A stretch of 64,000 bases of DNA from the NCBI GenBank assembly GCA_047967505.1, contig CM106538.1; one strand, 5' to 3'. Below are positions 13,301 through 22,829 of the stretch, one piece after another. The notes under the pieces were generated by a model. That model searched no databases. It was not told the origin of the DNA and worked only from the letters and a program-made list of their open reading frames with translations. A program made the position numbers and the translations under genes. Within the stretch, counting starts at the first letter, position 1. Each line of letters opens with the position of its first letter. The DNA is from Dipteris shenzhenensis. Taxonomy: Eukaryota.

Positions 13301-16300
13301 GAGAGCCTGTCCCTCTAGCACTCATCGTTCAGCTTTGCTTCAGCCCAATGCCTATGAGAGGATTTGGCAGACATGAGGCTCTACATAGAGTCTAGGCCAC
13401 CTCAAATGCAGCCTGGACAGATTTTTGTGGAAGGATATTTCAGATTATATCCAATGGATGATGAGGGCAAGGTTCCTCATGATGGCATGCACCATGCCCA
13501 CACTTGGTTGAAGTTGAGGGCTTTGTCTTGGAAGCCGTAGCTACACATGGGCAGCTTTCAAAGACCTCATGGGTGTCATGGTTAGAAGTAAATTACAGCG
13601 ATACAGCCCAGAGCTGAAGGCCTTACAGGTGAGGACTGAAAATCCTTGGATGCTGAGTAAGCACAAGCACTGCTGGAAGTGTTAGAGCCTGAGTACAGCA
13701 GTTATAATGAGAATGATTTTCAGTTCCTAGCATATGGGCAGCTGAAAAATGCAATGCAACAACTCCTCAAAGCTGCCTTACAAGGTATATGGCAAAACAA
13801 TGAATGCTTCCGACATGGGGAAAAGTGGGTGGCAAGGCATGGAGAGGTCCCCAAAATAGCTGTCTTGGGGAGAGCCAATCTGTATGTGCTTTTGAAGCTT
13901 CTTCATGACAAGTATGCTAGGTGGGATCAACACTTACATGACCCCGGTGGTGCCACAACTTATGGGGAGAAGGACTTATCTTATTTTTCCTTTTGACCCA
14001 GGTGGCATATGTTTCACCGTTTTGCAGCAGCAAGGAGCCTTTGTTTCCAGCCACCACTTGCAATTTTGAGGGCAAAATAATATTGAGCGGGGATGGTTGT
14101 AATGAAGGCCAAGATCAGGCCAAGTTAGTGAGGGTTAGGCCTCATTTGGCTTCAGGGATTTTTAGGCCTAGAGGGGGGCAAAAAGAAGATATAGTAGAGG
14201 GAGACTATATAAGTCCACCTCCACACCTCTGTACGCACTTTTTGATGTGACATCTAATCTTATCTACTCTCCCTCCTCCTTCCAGCTACCTACTGCCTAC
14301 GCTCACACTCTCTCTCCTCCCTCTCACTATCTCTCTATCCCCTCATCCTTCTCTCTCTTCCTCTCTCCTTCCCCTTCTCCTCTCTTCTCGTCCCTTCCTT
14401 CTGCTATTCTCTCCCCATCTCCAAATCTGCCCCTTCCCCCTTCTCTACAAACTTAGGGCAGAGAGGTAGGCCAGTTTCCGATGTAACCATGGCGCCATGG
14501 ATCACATACTCACACTCAAGAGTGTCATAGAGAAGGCCACAGCATGAAGTCATAGGGTCTATTATTGCTTTGTAAATTTCCGCAAAGCCTTTGACACAAT
14601 ACTAAGAGCCCGCCTTATTAGATGACTACAGGAGCTGGGTTACGAACTAGAGATCATATGGGCTGTTATGGCACTTTATGAATGGGTCTAGGCAGAGTCT
14701 GAACAGAAGCTGGATGGACAAAGGAGATCATGAGCACTATTGGGGTCAAACAAGGTTACCCATTATTACCAACCCTGTTTGTGGCCTCTGCATAGAGTGA
14801 GCTTGAGACCTTTATGGAGACTACCGGGGCTAGATGCTCTCTTGCTGCTTCCTTGATTTAGATCTTGTTATGTGGTGCTATTATCTTCTTTTGCAGGGGG
14901 TCTCCAGAGACCTCCTCAGACGGATCAGCTCCTGAATCCTGTTTGTAATATACTTTACAGTGTTGAGATCAACTGTAGATGATCATAGCTTTCATATGTC
15001 ACTTTTCCTCAAGAAGAATGGCAGTCGTGTTTCCCAAATTCTGATCTCCGTTACCATTAAAATGCTAAATTCTGATCTTTTGTTACCATTGAAGTGCCAA
15101 CTATTCCTGTGAAATCATATTCTTGCAGTTACATCAAGAGATCCTAGTTGCCGAATAGTGGACTGCGTCCTACATAGGTGCTCTTCCATCAATTTACTAC
15201 TGTAGATCTTCAATCCAAAAGGTCACCACTTGTCAGATGTAGGTTTGAATAGTTCATCTTAGCACCAAATGTCTTGTAATGCTTATCCCAGCATTCCCTT
15301 GGAAACTTTGTAAGATCTACATTGCGTACATACTTGTGTGCAAGCACTCAACACATGATAGCCAGCGCCTTCTCATTCCTTGCCCCCAGAGCACAACCTT
15401 CTCAGATCCTCAATTCCTGCTTCTCTCATCCTGAGATGACATGCCATTCACCTTCATTTGGTGTGCCAGCTGTGAAAGTTCTCCTGGAGTATAGCAGCAG
15501 GCCCAAAAGCTGCTGGAACACTCTCCATATCCCCTCTCCCCTCTGATACCAGTTGTTGGTATCAGCTCACTCTTTATCTATTGCATACCTGAGGGCAGAA
15601 GTCAGGATATCGCAGCATGTGGCATAATCCTAGAAGAAAGTATGCAAAAGAAAGACATGAATGAAAGGAGCATGCAAATAACTTGCAACGTCATGGTAAA
15701 AACAGAGTTGTGGGATACATAACAGTGGTCAAAGATGAAAGCTTGCTTCTTTATTACAAACAAAGGTAACATATCCAGTCGGAGCTCAATCTTTAATTTA
15801 TTTTCAATTCCACACAGCACAAAGAGGAAGAGTGAAGCTACTCATTATGCCCAGATATGCCACCCGTCAGACCTTTATATAGTGACACAATGTGGCATAA
15901 TTTTCACGACAAATACAGCAAAATTCAAAAGGCAAAGCACCTATCATATTCTAAATTTCAAGAGCTTATGCAGCCTTCAAATACTTGAGACCATGGTATC
16001 AGCTCTCTGACCATTTTTTGAATAGAAAACGTCCCCCGTGAATCTTGAGCAGCGATCACAAGACCCTTGTCTTGAGCAAATGATCGCACCAATGCAGTGA
16101 AAAAACTCTCTCCAGAAGAGTCTCCCCTGTGTGATGCTGCATATTCCAACAATCTCTGTAACACGAAGTTCCCAAATGCTGGCAGGAAAAGTACGAAAAA
16201 ATCAGGTCTCTACAAACAAATCCTTGTAAAACTTGAATGCAGGATGTGCTTTCAAAATACTGCACAGCATTCTAATAAAAGCCACCTACGATGTACAGCT

Positions 16301-17688
16301 AGCTTCGTCGCACAGGGTGTTAGCATCTCCCTGCAAATCTTTGCTACTTTATCGCGCTTTTGATATCCCTCTCGCAACATCAAGTTCAAATGCCTAGATC
16401 CCTGCAGTGCCACATTACATCTAAATAGACTTAGTCCAAAACCACCCTTGTTGATCATACAGCTATGCTATTTCAATGCATAATTTGACTCAATATTCTC
16501 CACTAGAATTTTAAAATCCACTATCTCTACATACATATGGGTGGACAGTGCAGGACAAGTGGAAAAGCAGAAGTAAATATGATTTGAAATAGAATTTTCT
16601 AAATTCCCAGTTGAAAATGCATAAGAAGAAGATTGGCATACACAGAAATGGCAACCCAAGGATTCTCCAGATAAACTATGCACAATCTCCCATGTTTAAG
16701 GTTGCTGAAACTAAAAAAGACGTGAACATAACGTAGACCAATGGACAGATTGCGATATAAGAGAAAAAAATATAAAGTGGGTAAAAGGGCTACACGCTAC
16801 CAGAATCGATCCTCAGGACCAAGCGCGCCACATTGAAAGTCGATTGAGCTCACCGTTTTGTCAAAGGCCATGCTGACCACGTCATCTGAAGATTTGAGGG
16901 GAGGCAAAACGTAGCCTGGAAGCGGGTCCTCTTGCCTGAGCATGCTGCGTAATCCCCCACCATCAACTCCCTTTGGAGGCACGTAATCATTCGCTCCGCC
17001 AATAGATGTAATGCCTGCTCTACCATAGAGACATGGGACTTGTATTCCTTTCTGGGCCTTGGTTGCATTCTGATTGTTATTCGTTGCAGTACGAGGAGGG
17101 TTATCAAGATACCCATCGATCACTTGCCGGCAATAGGGACATCGAACGCCTTTGTCAGCCTACATGATTAACATCCACGGTTAAGATACGGCCAGACCTT
17201 CAAATTGCGAAATCGCACAGCACACACAAGGTAGCATGCGTACAACCAATCTCCTCATGCTGAGTGGCTATACTGAAAGAGTGTATTTACGTCGTAAGAA
17301 AAAAAGCCCAAGCTGTCGAAAGGATTGCGAAGATAGTATTTAGAAGTGTGTGGGAGGCCTCTCAGTAATAAAGGGAATGACGCCAAGAAGATTCTGGTAC
17401 TTTATTATCTTATTCTGCGAGGCCATCTTCATACCATGTAGCGGAGGAGTAAACTGTACCGATGCAACGGAAGCCTGTAGTTGAGAATTTTACCTTATAC
17501 ACATTCGCTACACGAATTTTTTGTACGCACGCAGCACAAGCTTTATGTGCACAGGGACTAAAATACACATCGCAGGCCCTCTCTTCTCCGAAACAGATTA
17601 TACACAAATCATCGTCCTGACTTGATTGTCCCAATGCTGCACCGCTTTCCTTGTCGGAAGAAAAGGCTCCGTCTCCTTGCGTTCCCAT
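1..17688 (-). CDS. RING-HC (C3HC4) + Pumilio/PUF-repeat protein gene, at least 8 coding exons, 3' end outside the window
   Basis: Exons 17494-17688, 16801-17159, 16656-16704, 16290-16401, 16012-16178, 2727-2789, 689-736 and <1-143 join through GT-AG introns into one stop-free frame (378 aa seen). RING: CIIC...CAHKACAAC...CPYC. PUF-like motifs: NPWGSRHLN, LAVHPFGNFVLQRLLE, AQDSRGTFSIQKML, LALDQYGVYVLERLVE, LVNIAKH. Confidence 0.8.
176..227. repeat. (CT)n microsatellite followed by pyrimidine-rich low-complexity tract to ~615
   Basis: Direct reading. Confidence 0.95.
689..736 (-). CDS. RING-PUF gene exon 7 (48 nt)
   Basis: gtgcag|VMLALDQYGVYVLERL|gttggt; DQYG-x-YV-x-E/Q PUF motif. Confidence 0.75.
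995..1330 (+). mobile_element. Decayed LINE ORF2 C-terminal fragment
   Basis: Resembles 7830-7990 (EI.GRYHCLF..., GLYL.E..RHRETLLRQI). Confidence 0.6.
2727..2789 (-). CDS. RING-PUF gene exon 6 (63 nt)
   Basis: gtccag|LVSLHGPEELSLVTECIRGSV|gtaagc, phase 0/0; fills the PUF helix expected between IQKM and VMLALDQYG. Confidence 0.7.
5480..5929 (+). mobile_element. LINE 3' UTR remnant with stem-loop, TTTAATAAA and (CT)n tail
   Basis: The 3' terminus matches that at 10263-10366; 5' boundary approximate. Confidence 0.6.
5930..7330 (+). mobile_element. 5'-truncated LINE (RTE-X/CR1-group-like) ORF2 C-terminus
   Basis: Starts right after a (CT)n tail. RT-thumb region, then QLRVSSHRLRIESGR...RICTLC...EEHFIFRCPIYYEIR (C-terminal CCHC); contains in-frame stops. 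Confidence 0.85.
7380..8551 (+). mobile_element. Second decayed LINE 3' fragment with (CT)n tail
   Basis: WYARISTWF...MQVSSHQLRIET...ICMLC...EHF; frameshifted; ends in stem-loop + ATTAAT + (CT)n. Confidence 0.8.
8552..10366 (+). mobile_element. 5'-truncated LINE, ORF2 from KVMIFN/YTYLG through 3' UTR and (CTTT)n(CT)n tail
   Basis: TKVMIFN...VDSYTYLGVVFSG, paralogous to 5930-6990; CCHC finger at ~9500-9570; begins directly after the previous tail. Confidence 0.85.
10367..10566 (+). mobile_element. Very short LINE 3' end or SINE-like unit with (CT)n tail
   Basis: Same terminal stem-loop + TTAATA + (CT)n; no coding sequence. Confidence 0.55.
11180..11335 (+). pseudogene. Fragment of polypyrimidine tract-binding protein (PTB/hnRNP L-type) RRM2
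   Basis: GTLSITIYNLLYPITLDVLHQVFSPFG, then after a deletion and frameshift ARNSLQGRDIYDGGCTLHIQL; both match the plant PTB RRM2 consensus (YPITVDVLHQVFS; LQGRNIYDGCC). Confidence 0.8.
12464..12648 (+). repeat. Two near-perfect ~93-bp in-frame tandem copies
   Basis: GTELNGRNGNQAKHADFWDTTRWHTFMTSRN occurs twice in ORF 11986-13032. Confidence 0.9.
14452..14870 (+). mobile_element. LINE reverse-transcriptase fragment
   Basis: LRAER*ASFR...DHILTL...CFVNFRKAFDTI...GVKQGYPLLPTLF (QAGFR, DFRKAFD and QGCPLSP motifs, decayed). Confidence 0.85.
16012..16178 (-). CDS. RING-PUF gene exon 5 (two PUF recognition helices)
   Basis: Acceptor gccag|CA; (P)FGNFVLQRLLEY...AQDSRGTFSIQKM; donor ATG|GTCAGA. Confidence 0.8.
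16290..16401 (-). CDS. RING-PUF gene exon 4
   Basis: Acceptor ctgcag|GGA; GSRHLNLMLREGYQKRDKVAKICREMLTPCATKLAVH; donor C|GTAGGT, phase 1. Confidence 0.75.
16656..16704 (-). CDS. RING-PUF gene exon 3 (49 nt)
   Basis: Acceptor tttcag|C; (C)NLKHGRLCIVYLENPW; donor TGG|GTTGCC is weak but supplies the phase exon 4 needs. Confidence 0.6.
16801..17159 (-). CDS. RING-PUF gene exon 2 (RING C-part and linker)
   Basis: Acceptor catgtag|GCT; ADKGVRCPYCRQVIDGY completes the RING; donor TG|GTAGCG, phase 2. Confidence 0.8.
17494..17688 (-). CDS. RING-PUF gene coding exon 1 (RING N-part)
   Basis: ATG at 17688; MGTQ...LCIICFGEERACDVYFSPCAHKACAACVQKIRVANVYK; donor AAG|GTAAAA, phase 0. An acceptor (aacag) 5 nt above the ATG means an upstream UTR or coding exon is possible. 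Confidence 0.85.
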
Positions 17689-20600
17689 TACAGCTGTTCG
17701 TTACAGAACAGTTGCCAAATCGCCTCGATGACAAAGAGAGACTGCAATCTTGCGTTCAAGATGACACGATGAAGCCGATGTATGTTTTACGTCATCCAGC
17801 TCGCCTGCGAAGTCCAAGAGCTTTAGGAGACGAAAAGCCACGATGACGCCAGAGAGAGAGAGTTCTCTAAGGACCAATTAGCATGGAACATTTCGACCGT
17901 TTGCCGAGCAATGGGAAGCCTAGAACGACCGCAGCTCTGCGCAGGCGCCGCAAAAAGGCGGGAAGCATTCGGCACAAAATGAGAGTGCAGCAATCAATGT
18001 GTGATTCCAAACATCTCGAACGTGTGATACGCAATGCAATGCATCTCCCAGACTCCCACCTCGTACCAGGCAAAATCACTGCTCCAGAGCAATCTGACGG
18101 TCCTTTCCTAACTAAACAAGAGCTGATAGAAACTCCCACCAGGTTGCATGAGAAGTAAACGGTACACTGACAGAAGATTCTCCAATCAGCACAGGCACTG
18201 CCACAAATTCCGTCACTCTAGCAGGATACATTTCGCATAATTGCATTTGCAGGCTTTGCATGATCGTTGTACCGGGAACGGAACCTCAAACTTGGCGAAA
18301 AAACCTTTTGAAACCCCTTAAAGCAATGTCAGCACGGATTGGTCCGCTAAACGCGTGGACAAGGATGTTGCGGCCTCCTATCTCCCCTAACGTTTCGGGC
18401 TCCTATCTCCCCTATTTCGTCCAAAAGATCATGAATAAGACGTGCTAAACAAATTCGTTGCTGCTGCCTGCATCTCGAGCATCCTACCTCCTGCTGTCTT
18501 CGACAAAGTAGAGCAAGTCCGTCGCCCCTGCAGCGAAAATTCGACCAGAAGATGCACCAAACACAATCGGTACTGATCGGAACTGCGAGGGAGTACTGAT
18601 GCGTCTTCCCGTTAAACAAGAATCATCGGATGTCTTAAAGATCAAGACTGGGAATGACGCAGGAACAAAAAGAGGAGCAGCAGAAAATGTTTGACGGAAA
18701 ACACAACAGAATGATTGAGACAAGGGAAGGTTTGTGACGGCAGACAGAAGCAAAATGATCGGAGATTGATGAGAATGATCGGATTTCGTCAAAAGAAACA
18801 CAGGAATGATGAGTATTTTGACGGAAAAGTAACAAAATCAGAAGAAACTCACACAAGCATCATGCATCGTTGTAATTCATCTTTAATCCATCTCCTAATC
18901 CTGCTTAATCCAGTTTAGACTTAAACCTCTACCAATGGAGGGAAAGGGCACCACCAAAGAAGGCACTCATCTCATCTCATCCCTTTCCCAAGCTTCAAAA
19001 GAGTGTCTCCAAACACTCCCTCGGCCAATGCTCGCCTGCCTCTGCTGACTGACACCTCTGGACAATGCCGACTTGCTTGCATTGTTTAGCGACCAGAACA
19101 AGGACTCTAGCACTTTCTCAAACTCCGCGGCTCTCTACAAGCCCTACCTCCGCTATTGATGTCCTATCGACTTACCTCTCTGGGCATGGTACCGACTTGT
19201 CGGCCAAACATTTTCATACAATGCTTAACATACTCAATTCTCAAGGCTATTGCTATCATTACAGTGCTCTTTGTGGGTAACCTTATTTCTAATGTCTCGT
19301 GTACGAGATCTCACCAAATCTCATTATCCTACTTCTTTGTGTCTAATGACTCATGTAGAAGATCTCACAATCACTAAATTGCATTATCCTACTCTTTATC
19401 TCATCTTCAATCAAGGGCTAAACACTTGTAGAGACAACGACTTTAGATCTAACAATGATCATGATAATATTGCTTTAAAGTGTCCCACAAGATTGCTATT
19501 TTGTGTTGACTGAATTGCTCACCTCTTCAATCAAATTCCATTTCTATAGTGGGTTGCAAATAGTTGAGTTACTCATACATAGGGGACCTCACACATGCCC
19601 TTCAATCAAATTCACTAATCCAAGTCCATCACCATCAACCTTATCTTATAGTTGTGTAAAAATATATTCCTATTCAAATCAAGTGACTTTTGTCTCCTCA
19701 AACCGATCTTATCTTCTCCACCCACTTATAAACCCCCCAAGCTTTTGATTTCTACCTTATCTTATACACCCACTTATAAACCCCTTCTTACCTCAGTAGT
19801 TACAAGACCTTATAAAACGGCTGTGCATACTCAACAAAAAATAAATAAACCCTTGAAAAAAAAGAAGAAAGATTATGATAACTAAGCCATCCAAGAAATT
19901 GCATGTCTCAAGTTGTATTTGCAAATTGCAATGCATGACTTGATTGCTTGTAATATTTTGGGAAACTAGTTATGTTAAGTGCATCAAATCAAGTTGGTTA
20001 ATTTACATGTAACAAAGTCACACATGCAAAGTATGCCTTATTTCTTCATTCAAACGTGCTTTATTCCAAATGTTCAATTCTTCTCAAAATGATCACTTTC
20101 AATTCTTTCCCAAGCCCTAACTAGCTCAACAAAATATAGCAAATTCCTTCTACATCCTTCCCTCTTATCTAGACTCACCCAAATGCTTAGTAGGAGCTTT
20201 ATTTTTCAGATTTCATGCCCCTCCTCCCCCCTTCCCCACTCATAACCTTCCTAGGAAAGAAACATTCCCTCAAAAAATGGGTAGTGATTGCAAGGGTGAT
20301 ACATGATTCACAAAACCTAGAAAAACCCACACTGGATGTCTCATGAATTTGCATGTAGTGCACTAATTGCTCATCTATGTAACAACACTTCACATGGGAC
20401 TTTTCATAGCATATGAAGGCAAATATTTCCTCAATAGTTTGCCATTTGGAAATCCCACTAGGGAGCCTAATGCCGAGGACCAGAAACATATGGCTGCATA
20501 ACAAGCACCCAATTCCACTATCAAAGTTAGGCTAATATCAATTATTATACCAAACATCACAAGGCGAGAGGGGTAGGGGTTCACTGAGTACATATAGTAC

Positions 20601-22565
20601 ATGCAAAGCAAGCATGTTTGACTAAGGATGAATACCTTAGCTAGCAAAAACTATATCCTAATATAAGTCATAAGAACATAAATCATAGGAATAGTTCAAA
20701 TATCATAGCTATGCCAAGCACATAGTGACAATTTTAATTTGCTTAATCCTATAATATTCATTTGTGTCCCAATTTGTGGTGTATTAACATCATATATTTT
20801 GTGCTTGAGATTAATTGCCAGTTTTCCCAATTTGAAGGTTATGTTTTTTGTGTCCTTGTTAGCATTATAAATGTGCATAAAATGTTGAAATGCTCTTTTC
20901 ATGTCATTGCTTCATAATCCACAACCGTCATGTCATAGCATTAAAATGCATTTAAAATACCCCAACGCTATAAACTTTATGTACTTTTACATATATTTTC
21001 AATGTGTATTTGTAAGTATAAATGTTCAAGTGCTAAATTTAAGCATCCCCTTAATAAGTTCACATAAAGTAGTCATATTGGATAAGAATTTATTTTATCA
21101 CTCATGCATCTCTTTTGAATGTAACACTGCACACAATGTAAAAATTCCCCTTCTTTTCTCAAATGTGCTATTAAACATGTTTTTAGTGAGAGACATACAT
21201 TTTTACAATTAAAAAGTAGCTTTGAAGCAACAACTTTGCAAACATTGGCCTGTAAAAAGTTTCATTATGAATGGCTATTAATAAACTTAGTCTCTCCAAT
21301 TTAAATTCAATGGAGAAAAGAGGGGTCTGTGGATGGTGATACATAGGGGAGGTACAATTGACTAGTACAAAAGTTATTTTGATATCTATGTGGCACCATA
21401 GGGGAAGGGAGAGATGAAAAGGGGAGATATCACTCACTAGGAGTATGGAATGAGAGCGGCACAATTAGTCAAGCACTATTTACTCATATGTTTGAGGGAG
21501 GGAGGTGAAAGGGATTATACCACCACAAACGCATAAACCCTTGTATGAAACATATATATGATTTGCTCCAAAAACAAAAGGATATATATGTATATATATA
21601 TGATGGTCAAGACCTCCTTACTTGTTTATCATTGTCAATCTTGCAAATCATTATGCATTCGAGGAGGTGGGGCTTGTTAGAAATAATACTTGAAAAATAC
21701 TGGCAAATACACCAAAAATGGTTGGGCACGTTTTAGCCAAGCACTTTCCAGGCCTTATATTTTGATAGACTAGTGGGTAATTTGGGGTGGATTTAAGGAG
21801 TACCCTTCTATGGTAACTTGTAAGAAGATTCCATTAATTTCCAAAGGATGACTACATCCTTAGATGCTAAATATTATGCATTTATGTCAACTAGTTACTA
21901 GTGGTGGATCTTAGAGTACAAGACAAAACTCACAACAAAAAAGTGGCACTTAGATGTTGGTGGGAACGTGTTATCAACAAAAATTTCCAATCAAATCTAG
22001 GCCAGCAAATGATATCACCTAGGCCTAGGGGTTATGTGCTGTCCTAGATTTGTGAGAGGGGCATGAGATATGTACTAGGCAAAAAATTGCATCAAATCAA
22101 ACTATATGCATAGTGTGTTGTCTTTGATAAGATGCAATGAAAGTGGTTTATTTCCCTAGTTGAGGTGGAACGAATATGATTGTGATAACCCCTCCCATGA
22201 GAAATATTATCTGCATGAAAGTAATAAGGTGGTCCATGGACATTTAGGAGTCTTCACCCTCCGAGTGTTTGGTCTAGGAGAAAATAACTTGTTATCAAAC
22301 GAAGAAGGTGACACTGATTATATGCTTGATAACAAGTCCCCAATAAATAGTGGCTAATATCAAGGAATAGTGGTTAATATCAACAAAGAAGAGTGTTTAG
22401 AGATAGTAAGAGAAAGAGAAGAGTTAAATAAAATGAAAATGAAGCTGAAGCTTTTAAAGAACAAGAAGCACAAAAAGGCTTTGAGTTAATAATTGATGTG
22501 AGGCTTCGAGAGTGATTGCTCACTTGAAGCTCACTATTGCCCAGTGCTACACGTTGTTGTGCTTA

Positions 22566-22568
<3 letters not shown>

Positions 22569-22626
<58 letters not shown>

Positions 22627-22669
22627 AGGGGAGGGGGGAAGGGAGGGAGGGAGGGGCGGGGGAGGGGGG

Positions 22670-22712
<43 letters not shown>
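22569..22712. repeat. (GA)n microsatellite split by a G-rich tract
   Basis: Direct reading. Confidence 0.95.
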
Positions 22713-22718
<6 letters not shown>

Positions 22719-22829
22719 ATATTGGAATCAACTCGATTCTAACTGGGGGTAGAAACAGAATGAAGAGAAAAACTCTAAAGATTTAAACTATTTGAGATAT
22801 TTCTCTCTCCTACTCATCCCAGTATATCT

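Larger units (their letters stand above)
10567..14451 (+). mobile_element. Non-autonomous Ty3/Gypsy-like LTR element remnant carrying a PTB RRM fragment
   Basis: Ends in NFEGKIILSGDG with PPT-like GAGCGGGGATGGT then TGTAATG (LTR start ~14097, TATA at ~14207); HDPGG/FDPGG motifs at ~13940-14005; no RT or IN motifs found. Confidence 0.55.

Noticed and set aside
10673-14475. 13-bp inverted match ACTGGCCTACCTC / GAGGTAGGCCAGT as possible TIRs
   Set aside because: The right copy lies inside LINE RT coding sequence (LRAER*ASFR) and no TSD is present; probably chance.
15589-15629. Possible extra exon DYATCCDILTSAL with good splice sites
   Set aside because: It ends in phase 2 with no compatible downstream exon found, and the direct 16012>2789 join gives correct PUF spacing. 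It could still be an alternative or poison exon.
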